A stretch of DNA of 64,000 nucleotides from Lama guanicoe (GCA_013239625.1 MU053881.1:14562373-14626372), one strand, 5' to 3'; shown: positions 36,330 through 51,476, counted from the stretch's first letter. Notes: generated by a model from the letters alone, not told the origin. Numbers and translations: made by a program.

Positions 36330-36850
36330 TCTGGGATTTCTGTCTCTGTGTCTCTGAGTCTACATCCCTCAGTGTTTCTCTCCTCACTCTCCCCTTCCCA
36401 TCTCTCCCATCTCTCTCCCTCTCACCTTCTTGTATCTCTTTTCCTCCCACTCTCTCTCTGCCTCTCCTTCTCTTATTCCTCTATGTCTCTCTCTACTTTT
36501 CTCTCTCTCTCTCCCTCTCTCTCTTTTTTCTGATCCTTTTCTCTCCTCTCTGAGTCTCTCTGTCTCTCCCAACCCCTATGTCTCCCTATTCTCTCTTTCC
36601 CTCTTGCTCTCTCCTTTCTCCCTTTCAGTTTCTCTGTCTCTGTCTCTCTCCATCTTTCCTAACCCTTCTCTGTGTTTCTCTCCCTCCCACACTCTTCTCT
36701 GTCTCTCCCTTTGTCTCTCTCCGTCTTTCCTTCCTCTTGTCTGTGTCTCCTTCCTTCTCTGTCTCCACCTCTCCCTGCCTTTCTCTCTGTCTCTGTCTCT
36801 TTCCCTGTTCTTGCCCTCTCTCTGTGTCTCTCTCTCTCTGCCTCTACCAC
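36330..36850 (+). repeat. ~520 bp CT-rich polypyrimidine low-complexity tract in HAPLN4 intron 1
   Basis: Almost exclusively C/T with (CT)n and CTGT units. Confidence 0.9.
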
Positions 36851-37185
36851 CCCCTCGCCCCCCACCCCCACCTGCACGGGTTTGCTGCAGTCTCCTGGCG
36901 CAGGGATAACCTTGCCGCTGCCGCTGCTCCAGCTCCTCCTCCCTCCTCCCGAATCCCGGCCCCGGCCAGAGACTGAGAGAAGGGGCGGGGCTCCGAGCCT
37001 CCAGTGTTGGGGTTAGGGGGTCAGGCGGGTGCAGAACTAGGGGAGAGTGAGGCCAGGGCGTGGGCTTTGCTCAAGGGCGAGGTGTGAGGTCCCGGGAGAG
37101 TTGGGGGTGTGTGGGAGAGTCTGCTAATTTTCTGCTTGAGGGAGTCCTCTGGGACCCTGGCGGGAGTGGGGACCTGGGCGCATAA

Positions 37186-37440
<255 letters not shown>

Positions 37441-37538
37441 TAAGTAGGATCGCCGGAATGCATGGAGAGGGGAGGAGGGAGGGTCCCCGGCGTTCCTGAT
37501 GGCCACAATCCCCTCCCTCTCCGTTCCTCCCACTCTGA

Positions 37539-38141
<603 letters not shown>

Positions 38142-38149
38142 TAGAGGCT

Positions 38150-38350
38150 TGGTAGGGCAGGATAATTGTTCTGATTTGGGGTGATTTTGCTACCCAGGGA
38201 TATTGGCAATGTCTAGAAGCAGGATGTGGTGGTATATAGTGGGTAGATATCAGGGACGCTGTGAAATATCCCACAACATACAGAACACTCCCCCCACAAC
38301 AAAGAATAATCCAATCCAAAATGTCAATAGTGAAGACATTGGGAAACTCT
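38150..38350. mobile_element. MER20-like hAT element
   Basis: ggggtgattttgc...cccccacaacaaagaataatccaatccaaaatgtcaatagtg. Confidence 0.75.
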
Positions 38351-38354
38351 GAGG

Positions 38355-38640
38355 TAAGATCCAGGCACAGTGAGAGCCAGCCACCCGCACCATGTCAGGA
38401 GAAACTCCCTCAGCTCTGCTTCCCTGGGTGGGCTCTTCCTGCACAAGTTTCCGCTGATGGAACCAAAAAGTAGTGCCAGGCTTCCACTCTCCCAGCTTGG
38501 CAACTGATTTCCTAGAAGTGCTAGGTAGAGTCCCAGAGTTGTCCCTCATGGGTCCAGCTTGAGTCATGTGCCTATCCATGAGCCAATCACTGTTCCTGGG
38601 AGATGGGATGCTCTGATTGGCTGACTGTGGAGCTGGGAGG
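38355..38640. mobile_element. MLT1-like LTR remnant
   Basis: gagtcatgtgcctatccatgagccaatcactg...tgctctgattggc. Confidence 0.55.
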
Positions 38641-38739
38641 TTTCTATCTGAAGAATTCCCTCCCATCTGGTTTCTTTCCTCAGTCCACCTTAGAAGATGC
38701 TAGGAGAGATTTCAGAACCCTCACCTGCTGAACAATAGC

Positions 38740-38975
38740 AAATAACAACAGCAATAATAGAAGCAGCTCTCCTTTATTGGGTGTGTTCTATGTGCCAGGC
38801 ACTTGGTTAAAGTGCTCTCTGGAGTCTCTCATTTAATTTTCCCCAAACCCTGAGGGAGACACTTTTACTAGCAGATGGGCAACTGGTTCAGAGAGGTTAG
38901 CGCCTTGATCACGGCACATGCCAATGAGAGTCAGAGTTGGGACTTGAGCTCTGGTCTGTCAGGCTCCAGCTCTTC
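38740..38975 (-). mobile_element. MIR SINE
   Basis: tatgtgccaggcac...tctcatttaat...gagaggttag MIR core; similar fragments at ~35130-35470, 44970-45160, 57150-57380 and 63180-63450. Confidence 0.65.
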
Positions 38976-39573
38976 TCTCTGGCCCCTGTTTGATCCTTCC
39001 TGCATCTGCTGAGAGATGTATCTGCATCTGCACCCTCAAAGTCCGCCCCTCAAACACAGACAAACAACACTTGTGACCTGAGTTGACTGTGATTCTAATG
39101 AGGGACAAGTTGTAAGAACTGAAGGTGTAAGTGAAGCCGATGGGAACTCTTCTGGAAAATGGTGGAGATCAGAGGTCTTTGCCCAGGGTCAAACTTTCAG
39201 GAGCTTCCTGTGTGGGGGAGTCAGCTCTGTGGGCTCAGGACTTAACTAGAAAGAAGGTCCCAATGCTGGGAGGATGTCAGAAGCTCATAGAACTGAATGG
39301 AAGAGGGTTGTGGGAGCTGGATTTTGAAGGATGAATAGTAGTTCATCAGGTGGAAAGGTGGAGAGAACATGAACAAAGGTCTCCAGTGGTGGAAAGGGGG
39401 AGGGTCAAGTGAATCCCAAACTTAAGGCAAAGAGCCATGAGGCATGTGAACTGGGGAAAGGCATGGTCAGGTCTGAGGCCACAGTGAGGAATGGACTGGA
39501 AGGCCTGGGTTGAAGAGTCACACAGTACCCCAGATGTCAGGTGGGTGGGAGCGAGCTGAGGGGCCCCAGCTGA

Positions 39574-39990
<417 letters not shown>

Positions 39991-40271
39991 TGAAGGACTC
40001 CCCAAAAGTCCTCTCCCGGGTACCCCTCCCTCTAGTACTATTTCCCACTCTGCCCAGTTCTCTCTCCCCGCCCTTCCTCTCCACATCCGCCTTCGGTGGT
40101 CCAGACCAGGAGGTCCCTTCTCCTGTACTGCCAGGGCGCAGCAATCAAGCATCGCCCGGCACCAACACCGCTCTAACCGAGGCTGGGGTCCCGGGCTGCG
40201 GGGGAGGGAGTGTTTCCGAATCCTGAGGCTGAGACCGTGGGCTGCAGGCGGGAGGGCGTCCTGAATCCTGA

Positions 40272-40715
<444 letters not shown>

Positions 40716-42845
40716 GTCCAGGACGTGGGCTGCTGGGGCACTTGGCGGCTGGCCGAGTGCCCTACAGTCCCTTGGAGATGGACCACACCCCTGGAGATTG
40801 GCCATGCTCCCTGTGGTGCCCTGCAAGCTGACCAGACCTCCTGCGGTCCTTGAACCCTGGCCACGCCCTCTGAGGGCCCCCAGAAACTGGCCAGTCCCAG
40901 GAGCCAAGTCCCCTGGAGTCCCCTGGAGATCGACCAAGCCTCACCTCTCCCGGACAGTGGATTTCCCCTCCTCTCCCAACTTTCTTCAGGAGGTGGGGGA
41001 CACCTTCTGAGAATCCCTGGAGACCAACAGACCCCGAGGTCTTCTGGAACTACCCCCATGGTCACCTGGAGGCTGGACCCCCGGGATTACCTGGAGACTG
41101 ACCACACATCCTCTATATCTCTGTGAAGACTGAAGACTGGTCCTCTAAGGTCATCTGGACACTGACCCTTCCTCCCCATCACCTGAAGAGGAACCAAAAA
41201 CCTCAGAGTTCGTCAATTGACCATGCCCCTGTGGTCACATGAAGACTGTGGGCTCCTGTCCTCTTCCCTAGGGTGACCTGGAGATTGGTTACTCCCATTC
41301 TCCCCCCTTCTCCCATGAGTCCCCCAGAGTTCCCAGAGCAACAGACTATGTCCCCAGGTCTCTGTGGAGAATAGACCCACCCCTCCAGTTTCAGGGGAAA
41401 CCACCGTTGTCTGTCACTGTTAAGACAAATTGACACGCCCCAGCTGGCTGTCATGACTGGCGGCCATGCCACATCCCTCAGGTATCTCTCTGGAGGGAGC
41501 AAATCCGCCTTGACAGCCCCTTTCCTGGCTGTCACCAAAGAGACCATCTCCTGGGCCCAGGGACCCATAAAATCCATGTCATTCACTATGGAGACAAGCT
41601 GCCCCACTTCCCATTGCTAGCAAGGCAACCATCCCAGCTTCTACCTGTCACCTAGAGTCACACAGCCCTTCCTTCATCAGTCACACCCATGGAGATAGTG
41701 CCTCCCCCTCCAGCTGTAACCATGGATACTACACGTTTCCCATCTCACAGGCCTCCACCCCAGAGACCCTTTCAACTCCACTTCCACTGTCCTCACCCTG
41801 ACCAACAGTCAGAGACCACTCTCTCCCCCGTTGTGCCGAGAGTGACCCAACATTTGGATCTTCGCCTCAGCGTGAAACAGTCTGCTCCTTTCCCCAGGGC
41901 GCCCCAGCTCCTTGCCACCCTCCAAGCTCTGCCCCCAAGCGGCTTGTACCAGCGTTGCCATGGAGACCAAATCCCGGTGTCTGAGGTAATAGAACACATG
42001 TCCCCCCTAGGCTTTCCCTTGTCTGCAGAGCCTGCCCCACCAAACTGTCACCATAGAGACTGTCAACGTTGTCCTCATGACAACTGACTTCCCAGTTCTC
42101 AGGAACTTCTAGCCATGGGCTGAAACTGTGCACAATAGGGCTTAATGGCTTCCCCTTCACCAGATGGGCCCAGCCCTAGGCAGCACCCCAGACTCGGCTG
42201 GACTTCTGGAGCAGCTGGACACCCTCCTTTTGCACGCTAACTATACCAGATAACAGCTGTGCATGAGACACCCTTGCAACAACCAGGTGTTTTCACTGCC
42301 ACTATATAGATGAGCAAACTGAAGCTCTGGTGTGCCCCTACCCTTTGTGTGTGCAAGCACTAAGCTCCCCTTTTCTCCTCTGAGACCACATCCCCATACT
42401 CACTGAACTCCTCTCTCTTTCCCTAATCTCTCACCCCCCACATTTCCCTCCTTAGATATCCAGGAGAGATGGAATTGTCTTTAAACCTCAAAACCCACCC
42501 TGAGCTCCAGGTTCTAAGGGGTGATTTGTGCTAAGAAGTCAAGACCCTGTCAAACTCCCCAGTGTTAAGAGCCAGCTCAGGGAGATGGTTCATGAACAAG
42601 GCCACCCAGCTGTTGGAGACCTCAGCTTTGAGATCTTGCCTGGAGTAGCACTGGGGTCCCTCCTGGAGCTCTCCTTATTGTTACATCCATTTCCAGGAAA
42701 CCCATCTGTGGGTTTTGGAACCAGGTATGCCTGGGTTCGAATCCTGCCTCTGTGACCAAATGACAAAATCCCTGACCCTGTTTCCTCCTCTGTACCCAGG
42801 GCTGTTCTAAGGTCCCAGTGAGTGCAAAATGTACAGCAGGGGCTC

Positions 42846-42851
42846 AATAAA
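42846..42851 (+). terminator. Probable HAPLN4 poly(A) signal
   Basis: First AATAAA I found after the stop (~2.1 kb 3'UTR), followed by a U-rich tract. Confidence 0.6.
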
Positions 42852-44388
42852 TCTTTCTTTCTTTTTCTTTTTTTTTAAATGAATGAGGCAGCTGGTGGGT
42901 TATGAAGCTAATTACTTCATAAATGCACTTCCGTGGACACAGTGTTTCCCAGCTGGGGATGCTTGGGAATGACTTGGTTGGGAAGCATCTCTCTTCATTT
43001 TTCAGAACCATCCCCTCTCCTCAGTCTTTCTCTCTTCTCCCTTCCCCTTATTCTGCCCTCACTCTCTCCCTTGAATCACCTCCCATGAGCCTGGTCCTTC
43101 TCAGCCCTGTCCTAATTGGGTCACTAACAAATCCAGTAGTTCCTCTCAGTCCCCTGGGAACGAAGTATGTGAAACTGGATGAGTTCCTGCACCAGGAAAG
43201 CAGAGAAGTTGCAAATTTTCCCTGGTTTGGGGCTGAGGGTGGTGTTGGGGGGAGGGTGGGCTGAGGACTTTGGAACTTTCTGGGATGCAAAGAAAGGGAC
43301 AAGAGAAAAGAAGTGTAAAAGTCTTACTTGGTTATAGAAGTGGGATGGTCGATTTAATTGCTCATGCTTCAGTATCAGATGGGACAGAGCTCCTAGAGAC
43401 TCAAACCACTTGTCTGAAGCCACAGTCTAGCCCCCTGGTTAAACTGCCTTGGGCTCGAGCTGGCCTCTAGTTTCCTTGAATAAGGGAATGATAATGGGTA
43501 TTCTTCTGGAGATGAATGCACGAGATTTCTTTCATCCCACTTTTTCCCCACTGAAATCCTTTCTCCCTTCCACGGGTTCCAGCATCCTGGTTTTGCCTCG
43601 AGTATGTAAGTTTCCCTCCTCTTATTCCGTGAGAGTCAGAGGGGCTGACTCCCTGGACAGTGAATGCTGTGGCTCATCTTCCTGGGCAACCCTCACTGGC
43701 CCAGGGGTGAACATGGACCCAGGAAGACCAATGAGATGCAGTCCCTGGGATTTTGACGGACCAATAGGCAAGGGAACCTTCTTTCTGCTGGGGTCTGCAC
43801 TGTTGGAGTGGAGATCTCGCAGGCCCACCTGGAGATGTACTTACCTGTTTTCCACACATCCTCACCAGCATCATGTGTTATCACTTTTTACCTTAGTTGA
43901 CCTGATAGGTGACACATAATATCTCCTTGTGGTTGCCACTTGCAATTCACTTGTTATATGAAGCTGACCATCCTTCATTTCGACCTGAGGTGCAGGCAGT
44001 TGAATAAATCATAAATCCTTCTCAGTTCAAGTACATTGTCATTGATCAATGCAAGGCCCCGCTCTTGTGAGATTTATTTACTCTTTGCTGTTTCTCAAAT
44101 GAAGCATGTTCCCCTCTGCAAGAGGATTTTTGCCTTTGCTCTTCTCTCTGCCTGAAACTCTTCTTTTCTTCCCTTCCTCATCTAGTTAATGCTATTCTTC
44201 CTTTAGAGTCCATTCACCTCCTCTAGGAAGCCTTCCCTGACCACCTCCCAGGGGCCATATCTGTTCTGTTCACCACTATCTCCTCCGCATCCAGCACAGT
44301 ACATGGCTCATAATAGCAGTTCAGTAAGTCCTTGCTGAGTGAATGAATGAATGAAGGTGTCAGGAGGCAGGCTGAACTGTTAAAAATT

Positions 44389-44394
44389 TTTATT
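44389..44394 (-). terminator. Probable NCAN poly(A) signal
   Basis: TTTATT on + (AATAAA on -), ~2.2 kb beyond the NCAN stop. Confidence 0.7.
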
Positions 44395-45799
44395 AAAATG
44401 TTCAAGAAGTACATTAATGTCCACAGTGTCAGATACCACAGACCCACAGAACACTGCAGCTGACAGCAAAACCAACAGAACCCAAAGCTGTTCACACGCA
44501 CACACACTCAGACGCATGCCTCACACGTGGCACACGCAAACACACGCACATCTCAAAGGGAAAGACCAAAAGACAAACCACACACTTTAGAAAAGATCAG
44601 AGCCCCCTCCCACCATGGAGCTGGGGTAGGGGTAGGGGCAGGTTGAGGGGGCCGGGGCAAGGAGCATAAACCAAGACCCTCCCCAAAAAAGTTGCACCCC
44701 CAGAGGCCCCCCACTCCAAAAGGAAATTCTTTTGTGACATGGATGTCTGAAGATGTGTTACTATTTTTACACTTTTTAAACCAAGAGGAATTATCAAAGC
44801 TAGAAGACAAACCAATATCCCTGGATAATGGATGGATAAGTGGATAATGTCTTAGGGATGACTAAAGACCACAGTCAAGGATGAGGGTCTCGTTTGCACT
44901 TCTCAATCTTTTCCTGAATTTTCCTGTGTGTTAGAGTGTGGTTATGTTTCAGTTCCTTTCCCCAAAGAGAGTGGGTTTGGAGTCAGACAGAGGCAGGACC
45001 AAATCCTTATTCCTGTCTTGCAAGCCAGTGCCTTTCTCTAATCTGAGCCTCAGTTTTGTGTTATGTAAAGTGGGAAAATATTGGTTCCTAGGTCACTGGG
45101 CTGTTGCGAAGATTCAAGGAGACAGTGTGTAAGTCCTTAGCATGGTACCTACTCCATAGTTACTACTTCCTGGGAGGGATATAGGCTCAGGCAACACATT
45201 TCTTTCTTTACCGAACTCTTAGCTGGACCATACATTTGCTTCTTTTCTTTCCTACAGAGGGCCATTTTCTACTGTGGTTCTTAACACTAATCCACAGATG
45301 CTACCCAGACTAGGTAACCCAACTCCTCTAGGAGTTGAGAGTGGACAAAGGACATGGAGGAAAAGCTGTAGCTCTTTCCTGCCAGAGATCAGGAAGCTAC
45401 ATGCTGACTTCTGGCTTCGGAAGACCTTTTACAGGTCACAGATTTGGGGGAGGAAGGCAAAGTGAGTTTTTTACCACTTAAAAAATTTAAAAAACTGAGA
45501 GAAATATGTGTGTGTGTGTTTAGTTTTTAACCCTGCACATCCCTCTACATGACGGCAGGTAGATGTCACTACTTCAAGTGTTAAGCATTTCTAGTCCACC
45601 AGGCAATGGATGGAGGCAGGGATGGGGTGAGTAGGGGTGGAACCCGGGCAGGGGTGCTACCAATGTCTGCTTGAGGGATGGATATGGGCACTGAGCTAGA
45701 AAACTTGGCACCTCCTTGGTCCAGGAAGGAGGTTCTTTGTCTCCCTGAGAGATGGAGGGGGAAGAAATCTGGACTCATCGAGCCCTAAACATCCTCTCA

Positions 45800-45801
<2 letters not shown>

Positions 45802-45840
<39 letters not shown>
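45802..45840. repeat. (TG)n microsatellite in the NCAN 3'UTR
   Basis: About 19 perfect TG units. Confidence 0.95.
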
Positions 45841-45845
<5 letters not shown>

Positions 45846-46604
45846 TCACCATACATGCAGAACCACCAAATTTTAGTATTGGACTAGACCTGGGAGGGCA
45901 AGCAATACATCTTCCCATCCCATCATTGCCCAGAAATTGCTCTGACCATTCTGACCTCTAATTCTGAGGGCATGGAGGGAGGTTGTTCTAAAAACATTCC
46001 TAAAATTCAGTACTTAGGAGTTCCACACTCAGTTTATCCAGCCAGACTAAAGACCAAACTTGGGCTGAAGTCCAAGGTAAAAGGAGAGCAGTCATCAAGT
46101 TCAGTGTACTTCCATGTAGTTCCTACTCCCAAAGCCAATGACCTTCACTAAAGGCTTTAGCCTGCATTTAGGACATCTGACAGTTTACCGAATCTGAATC
46201 TCTGGTGGTAAAAGCAGTTCCTTAGTGTGAATCCAAACACATGTTCTTGCACCCTCATCAAAGCCTTATTTCAACAACTGGCAGTCAGCCTTGCCGACAA
46301 AAGTCTAAACAAGTGCAAAGAATGGTCTTTGCCGATTGTGCTTCCCTCCACTGGAAAATGCTCCCAGAGTTCAGCCCGATTAGAACTGATTTTTCAGACA
46401 CATGGCTACACCTGCCAAGAGGACCTTGTGTATGTAAGAAAGAGGAAAGAGGAGCTTTTTACAAATGGTTATGTAAGGGGAGGGGATGTGGTTTGGGGCT
46501 CAGGGGCTTTCGGACCCTCTTGTTTCTCTCTGGGCTCTGTCTCCCCAGGTGAAGGCTCCAGGGGAAGTGTGGGAAGGGGGTTGTGCTTTCTTTTGCCTGG
46601 TTCT

Positions 46605-46744
46605 TCAGCAGAAATTCCCTTCTTCGTTCTCCCAGTCCTCTGCTGGGTGTTTCTTGTGTTTTCTGCGCTCCTTGCGCGATTTGTGGTGGCGATGCTGGTG
46701 ATGGTGATGGTGATGGTGTCGCCGCATCCGATGGGACCGTCTGG
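46605..46744 (-). CDS. NCAN: NCAN last exon (basic, His-rich tail)
   Basis: ctgcag|CC AGA...; [46 protein letters not shown]. Confidence 0.94.
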
Positions 46745-46979
46745 CTGCAGGGAAGTGAGGGAAGGTAGGAAAGTGGCAAAAGCTGATTAGAGGTGGGTTC
46801 GCTGATGGATCAGGCCTCCGCAGGGGAGGGGAAATGAAGGAAACAGCAAACAGGCTGGTAAGTTCTCACTTATCTGCAAGGCAGATATTCAGCCAGATCA
46901 ATGTGTGCAGGGATGAGATGTTTTGGAGACTACAGATAGGTGGAAACTTGTGCTGGGATGTCTGGGGGAAGCCACTCAC

Positions 46980-47162
46980 GTTTGGTGCAGACAATTTGGG
47001 GCCGGTCCCATTTGCCATTGCTCCGGCACCGGATGGTGGCCACATGGTGCTGGGCAAATCCTTCATCGCACTGGTAGCGTACAGTGGCATGGACATTATA
47101 CTTGGCCTTGCGGGCACCGATGGGCGAGGCATTCTCCACTGCCGGAGGGGGACCACACAGCA
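46980..47162 (-). CDS. NCAN: NCAN exon 14 (Sushi/CCP domain)
   Basis: [36 protein letters not shown]...[14 protein letters not shown] flanks. Confidence 0.96.
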
Positions 47163-47915
47163 CTGGGGATGGAGGAACCTCCAGTTAGAGAAATGGACAG
47201 GACTGAGGCTGAACTGGTTTCATCTCTTGTGATGAACCCTTAACATGTCCCCTCTTTGCCAGGCTGTGACCTCAAAGGGCTGGAAGTAAATGTGTCCATC
47301 TCCTCTACCCAAACCAGGAGCCTCTCAGGCACAGGAATCTCCTAGACACATCCTGCCTCCTAATTCTTGTGCATGATGGGAATGTAGGAGATGGGAGGCA
47401 AGAATAATCTGAGCAAATGAAAGGAAGAAAGGACATGAAAATTGGCAAAGAAACAGAAGCAAGAATGAAGAAAAATATAAGAGAAAGGCAGACATGAGAA
47501 GGCATCTGAGTGTTTCCTTCATATGTAAAGAGCTCTTACAAGTCAATAAGACTAATGAGCCCATAGAAAACTAGGCAAAGAAGATAAACTGGCAGGTCAC
47601 AGGAAATTGACTACATACCAACGGCTTATCAACATATAAACGGTTGGTTATTCTCATCCTCAAAGATGTGCAAACTATGGTAACAACAAGATACTGTTTT
47701 TTCACCACTTCAATGAACAAAAAACAAAAAGTTGAGAGCACACAGAGTTGGCAACGGTGGGGAAAAAATGGGCACTCTCACATAGGGCTAAAGAGTGAGA
47801 ACTGGCCTGAACTGACTATTAACATTTCCAAACTTAAATAAAACAATGAACCAGTGAGTCTGAAAGGCAGGAGGAAAGGTAGGGGGAAGGGGTGGAAGGG
47901 AGAGTGGCAGCATAC

Positions 47916-48060
47916 CTGTGCCCTTCTTACAGACATAGGGGAGGTTGTAGTTGCAGGGAACATCATTCCAGCGGCCACTCTCATGCGCAACCATCACCAC
48001 GCAGTCCTCTCCTCCAGCGAAGAAATTGTCGGGCTGGTTCTCCCGCCAGTTCTCATATTG
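47916..48060 (-). CDS. NCAN: NCAN exon 13 (C-type lectin, part 3)
   Basis: [48 protein letters not shown]. Confidence 0.96.
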
Positions 48061-48619
48061 CTGTAAGAATAGGGAGCAGCAGGTGCTCAGGGGACCTGCA
48101 TCTTGACCCAGGCTCTGGCACTGGCACTGCGGGACTCTTCTGGCCAGACCATTCAAAGTCGGAAGGACTCAGTGTTCCCATCTCTACAATGGGCATTGTT
48201 CTACCTGAGGAGCCCTGGCCACCACTGCAGCCTGAGTCAACCCTCCTCTCGTTGTGTGGCTGCAGTGCCCTCTTCTCTGGTCTTCTTGCCTCCTGTCTCA
48301 CTCCCTGATAGTCTGTTTTCCACATAGGTCACTTGCTGTTAGGTAAATAGTTGAATAAATGGTGACCTCATGCTGGAAGTCCAGGAGGACTTCCCTGAGG
48401 AGAAAACAGGAGAGCTGAAGACTCAAGGATAGAAATGGTGCAGGCAGGGGACAGAGTTCCAAGCAGAGGGAACAGCTAGTGCAAAGGCCCAGAGGCAGGA
48501 CTGAGCTGGTCATGTCTAAGGAACAGAACAGAGGATAGGAGGGCTGGAGCTGCTGGATCCAGTTTGGGTGTGGTCAGAGAATGGGTAGGGACCAGTTCTC
48601 ACGGTAGAGGAGAGGAGGT

Positions 48620-49230
48620 GGATTTTTTTTTCTTATTGTGGTGAAGTATATATAATATAAAATTTACTACTTTAACCATTTTTAAGTGTCCAATTCTTTG
48701 GCATTAATTAGATTCACAATGTTGTGCAAACATCACCACTGTCTATTCTCAGAATTTTTCATCACACTGAACAGAAACTCTGTACCCATTAATCTATCAC
48801 TCCCCATCCGCCTTCCCTTCAGCTTCTGGCAGCCACTGATCTACTTTCTGTCTCTATGGATTTGCCTATTCTAGATATTTCATGTAAGTGGAATCATACA
48901 AAATAGCCTTTAATGTCTGGATTTTTCCCTGAGCAAAATGTTTTCAAGTTTTATCCACATTGTAGCTTTTTAATTCCTTTTTAATGACTGAATAGTATTC
49001 ACTGTGTGGATGGACCACATTTTGTTCATCTATTCATCCATGGATGATCATTTGGATTGTTTCCACCATTTGGCTACTGTGAGTAGTGCTGCTCTGAACA
49101 TGGGTGTACAAGTATCTGAGTTTCTGCTTTCACTTCTTCTGGGTATCTACCTAGGTGCAGGATTACTGGGTCACCTGGTAATTCTAGGCTTAACTTTTTG
49201 AGGAAGAGCCAGACTGTTTTCCACAGCAGG
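48620..49230 (-). mobile_element. L1M 3' end fragment
   Basis: tttaaccatttttaagtgt...aaactctgtacccatta...actttctgtctctatggatttgcctattcta. Confidence 0.8.
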
Positions 49231-49895
49231 AGGAGGTAGGTTTTTTATCTTGGGAGGGCTTGAAGCCAGGAGAATCCTGATCTGATGTATAATTTCTAAA
49301 TGGTTCCTATGGACAAGGGTTTCCTTTTGTGGTGCTGAAAATATTCTGGAACTAGATCATTACACAGTATTGTGAAAGTACTAAAAGTCACTGAATTACA
49401 TGCTTTAAAATGATTAATTTTATGTTAGGTGAATTTCATCATAAATTTTTAAAAAGTCCCCAGAGCCACCAGGTAAAGGGACAGGAGTGCAGGTGAGCTG
49501 CTGCAGCATCCAAGTAAGTGCTGAGGGAAGCCACATAGTGAGGGGATGTAGGGAAATGGACACACTTGAGAGTCTGGCTGGAGGACCAGGTGGAGTGAGC
49601 AAGAGGGAGGCGTCAAACCCCTTCCTAGGTTTGTAGCCTCAGTCACTGGGTGACTGGCCATTTACAGAGCTGGGAAGTCGGAGTGATGTGGGGCTTTGCT
49701 GAAGCTTCTTTGCCAACCCTGGCATCTCAGAGCCACTGGGGGCCTTTGATGGCCACCTGTGGTGGTTTTGCACAAGTGGATAAAGTGAAGCCAGAGGGCA
49801 GGCGTTGCAGCTTACCTGAAACTTTCCACTCTAGGCAGGGCCCTGGTCTGCAGTCTGACTGCAGGGACCCAGGCCCCCAGGCTACCGCCACTCAC

Positions 49896-49978
49896 CAGCC
49901 CTGTGTTGTCTGTCCACTGGAAATCTCGCTCCACAATCCTGTCGTTCAGGCCAATCCATGTGTTTTCACGCCCAAAAC
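49896..49978 (-). CDS. NCAN: NCAN exon 12 (C-type lectin, part 2)
   Basis: [31 protein letters not shown] flanks. Confidence 0.95.
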
Positions 49979-50989
49979 CTGCAGGGTAGGGGGTCATGGG
50001 AGCTGGGTACCTGCTCCTCCTCCAGCCTAGGTTGCTGGCTGGAGGCCAGGCAGGGAGCATGGGAGGGGTGACCTAGCCCCATCCCTGACCTGGAGGTGGG
50101 CTGGAAGGGGATGGAGGTGAGAGTGAGAGGGGGTACCCAGAACCCTTCCCCCAGTTCCAAGTATGAGATGGGGGGAGAGGACCCCAGCCTGGGGGCCGTG
50201 GGCTGGAGGCCATATACCCCTATTCCCTAGCAGGCTGGGACTCTGGCTGCCCTCAAACCCGGGGAGTGGAGGAGGGGCACAGTAAGGGCTAGAGTTAAGC
50301 TCCCAGACTTGCCACTATTTGTGGCTTAAACAAAATGCCCGAGGTAAAAATAAACAGTCATATCTTTGCAGAAATAACACAGTAAGGGATAGGAGAGCCA
50401 GTGGATGGGGCCAGACAGGGCAGACAGGTGAGTCTGAATGACCCAGTCAGTCACTGAGGAAGGAGGAAGAAGCTGGATGAGTGTGTGTTTGATCACACTG
50501 AGGAAAAAAACCAGCGGACCAGGGAATGAACAAATGGAAGAATTAACAGAGGACCAGAGGAGGACAATGAATAAATAAACAGATGAAAAAGGGCAGAAGG
50601 GGTAAGGAGTAAATCAATAAATGCTGGATTTAATTAATTAATGGGACACTCTTCTCTTTCTCTAAGTCTCTACACAGCTCCTTCCTCATTTCATCCCTCA
50701 AATTACAGATGCTTCTCCATTGCTCTCTATCCCCTGGACCCATTTTAATTGTCATCGGTGCACTTAGGAGCAGCTAAATTATAGTATAGACTTATTTAGT
50801 TAGATATTTACGTGTTTGCCTATATCCCTTAAAAGAACATCACTCCCTAAGGATAGGACAATGTGTCTCTGTGTCTGGAATGGTGCCTGGCACATAGCAG
50901 GTGCTTAGTAAATATTTTGGTGAATGAATGAATGAAACGAATGAATGAACTGACAAGTGAAAAAATAGACAAAATTAATAAGTGGTCAG

Positions 50990-51200
50990 GGAGTTCGAGA
51001 TTTGCAGGTATTAAGTACCATGTATAAAATAAACAAGTTTATACTGTATAGCACAGGCCACTATAGTCAATATCTTGTAGTAATCTATAAAGAAAAAGAA
51101 AATGAAAAGGAATATATATAGATATGCGTATGACCGAAACATTATGCTGTACACCAGAAACTGACACATTGTAAAGTGACTATACTTCAAAAAGTAAAAA
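50990..51200 (+). mobile_element. Short L1 3' end of the same family as 18400-20168
   Basis: Reverse complement of the 18410-18620 sequence (tatactgtatagcacagg...gctgtacaccagaaactgacaca). Confidence 0.8.
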
Positions 51201-51317
51201 TTGGTCAGAGCTTGCATTAACGAACACAGCTTCAGAAAGGTGGTGTCTTCAGGACCCTGGGGGGTGCCCTAACAAAGGGACTGCAAAGGCCACCCTTGTG
51301 CACCCCAGAGTTCTTAC

Positions 51318-51476
51318 TGTTAATGAAGCCATGTTCTTCCGGAGAGTGGATGCTGGTCAGGTGGCCAGCTCGACGGCGGCAGTCCCTCTCTGCGTCCTCC
51401 CATGCCCGCCGATGGGCGAAGTAGCGGTAGCAGTGGCCCTGGAACTTGTGCCAGCCATGGTCACAGCCCTCTGTGT
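51318..51476 (-). CDS. NCAN: NCAN exon 11 (C-type lectin, part 1)
   Basis: [53 protein letters not shown]. Confidence 0.95.

Noticed and set aside
36384..37016. SL-rich and ER-rich ORFs
   Set aside because: Translation of the CT-rich low-complexity tract.
40765..41300. CRISPR-like repeat-spacer array
   Set aside because: Mammalian 3'UTR with degenerate repeats, irregular spacing and no cas genes.
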